DNA of 64,000 bases from Octopus sinensis (taxonomy: Eukaryota): NCBI RefSeq assembly GCF_006345805.1, contig NC_043003.1, positions 69,750,001-69,814,000 of the forward strand. Reading direction: 5' to 3'. Each line of letters opens with the position of its first letter. Position 1 is the first letter of the stretch. The position numbers and the translations under genes are program-made. A model generated the notes under the pieces. The model saw only the letters and a program-made list of their open reading frames with translations, did no database searches and had not been told where the DNA came from. Below are positions 63,963 to 64,000 of the stretch, piece by piece.

Positions 63963-64000
63963 TATATATATATATATATCATCATCATCATCATCATCAT

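Overview
AT-rich, microsatellite- and retroposon-dense animal DNA; the SINE families and (TA)n/(CAT)n content resemble an Octopus genome (inferred, not proven). The one host gene I can support is an internal part of DCDC1 (doublecortin domain-containing 1) on the minus strand. It has seven well-supported GT-AG exons (56302-56395, 29219-29385, 20054-20146, 16381-16470, 14157-14225, 5485-5586, 3050-3224) that splice in frame, plus a tentative eighth (2667-2814). The ORF track misses most of them; the largest intron is about 26.9 kb. The introns hold decayed TEs: a CR1-like LINE, RTE 3' ends, a Tx1/L1-like ORF1, a CRE-like RLE fragment, a DD34D mariner, a maT/Tc1-like end, pogo-like MITEs, non-autonomous Helitrons and many SINEs. 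The most notable signal is a set of hammerhead ribozyme (HHR) motifs from four sequence families. One is a ~481-bp tandem array (about 4.8 units, 5 type I HHRs, preceded by an inverted partial unit and embedded in (TA)n), which looks like a retrozyme or Penelope-type repeat. The others are minimal palindromic-stem-III HHRs in fold-back elements and downstream of Penelope-like GIY-YIG remnants. All family assignments are from recalled motifs; no searches or folding were run.
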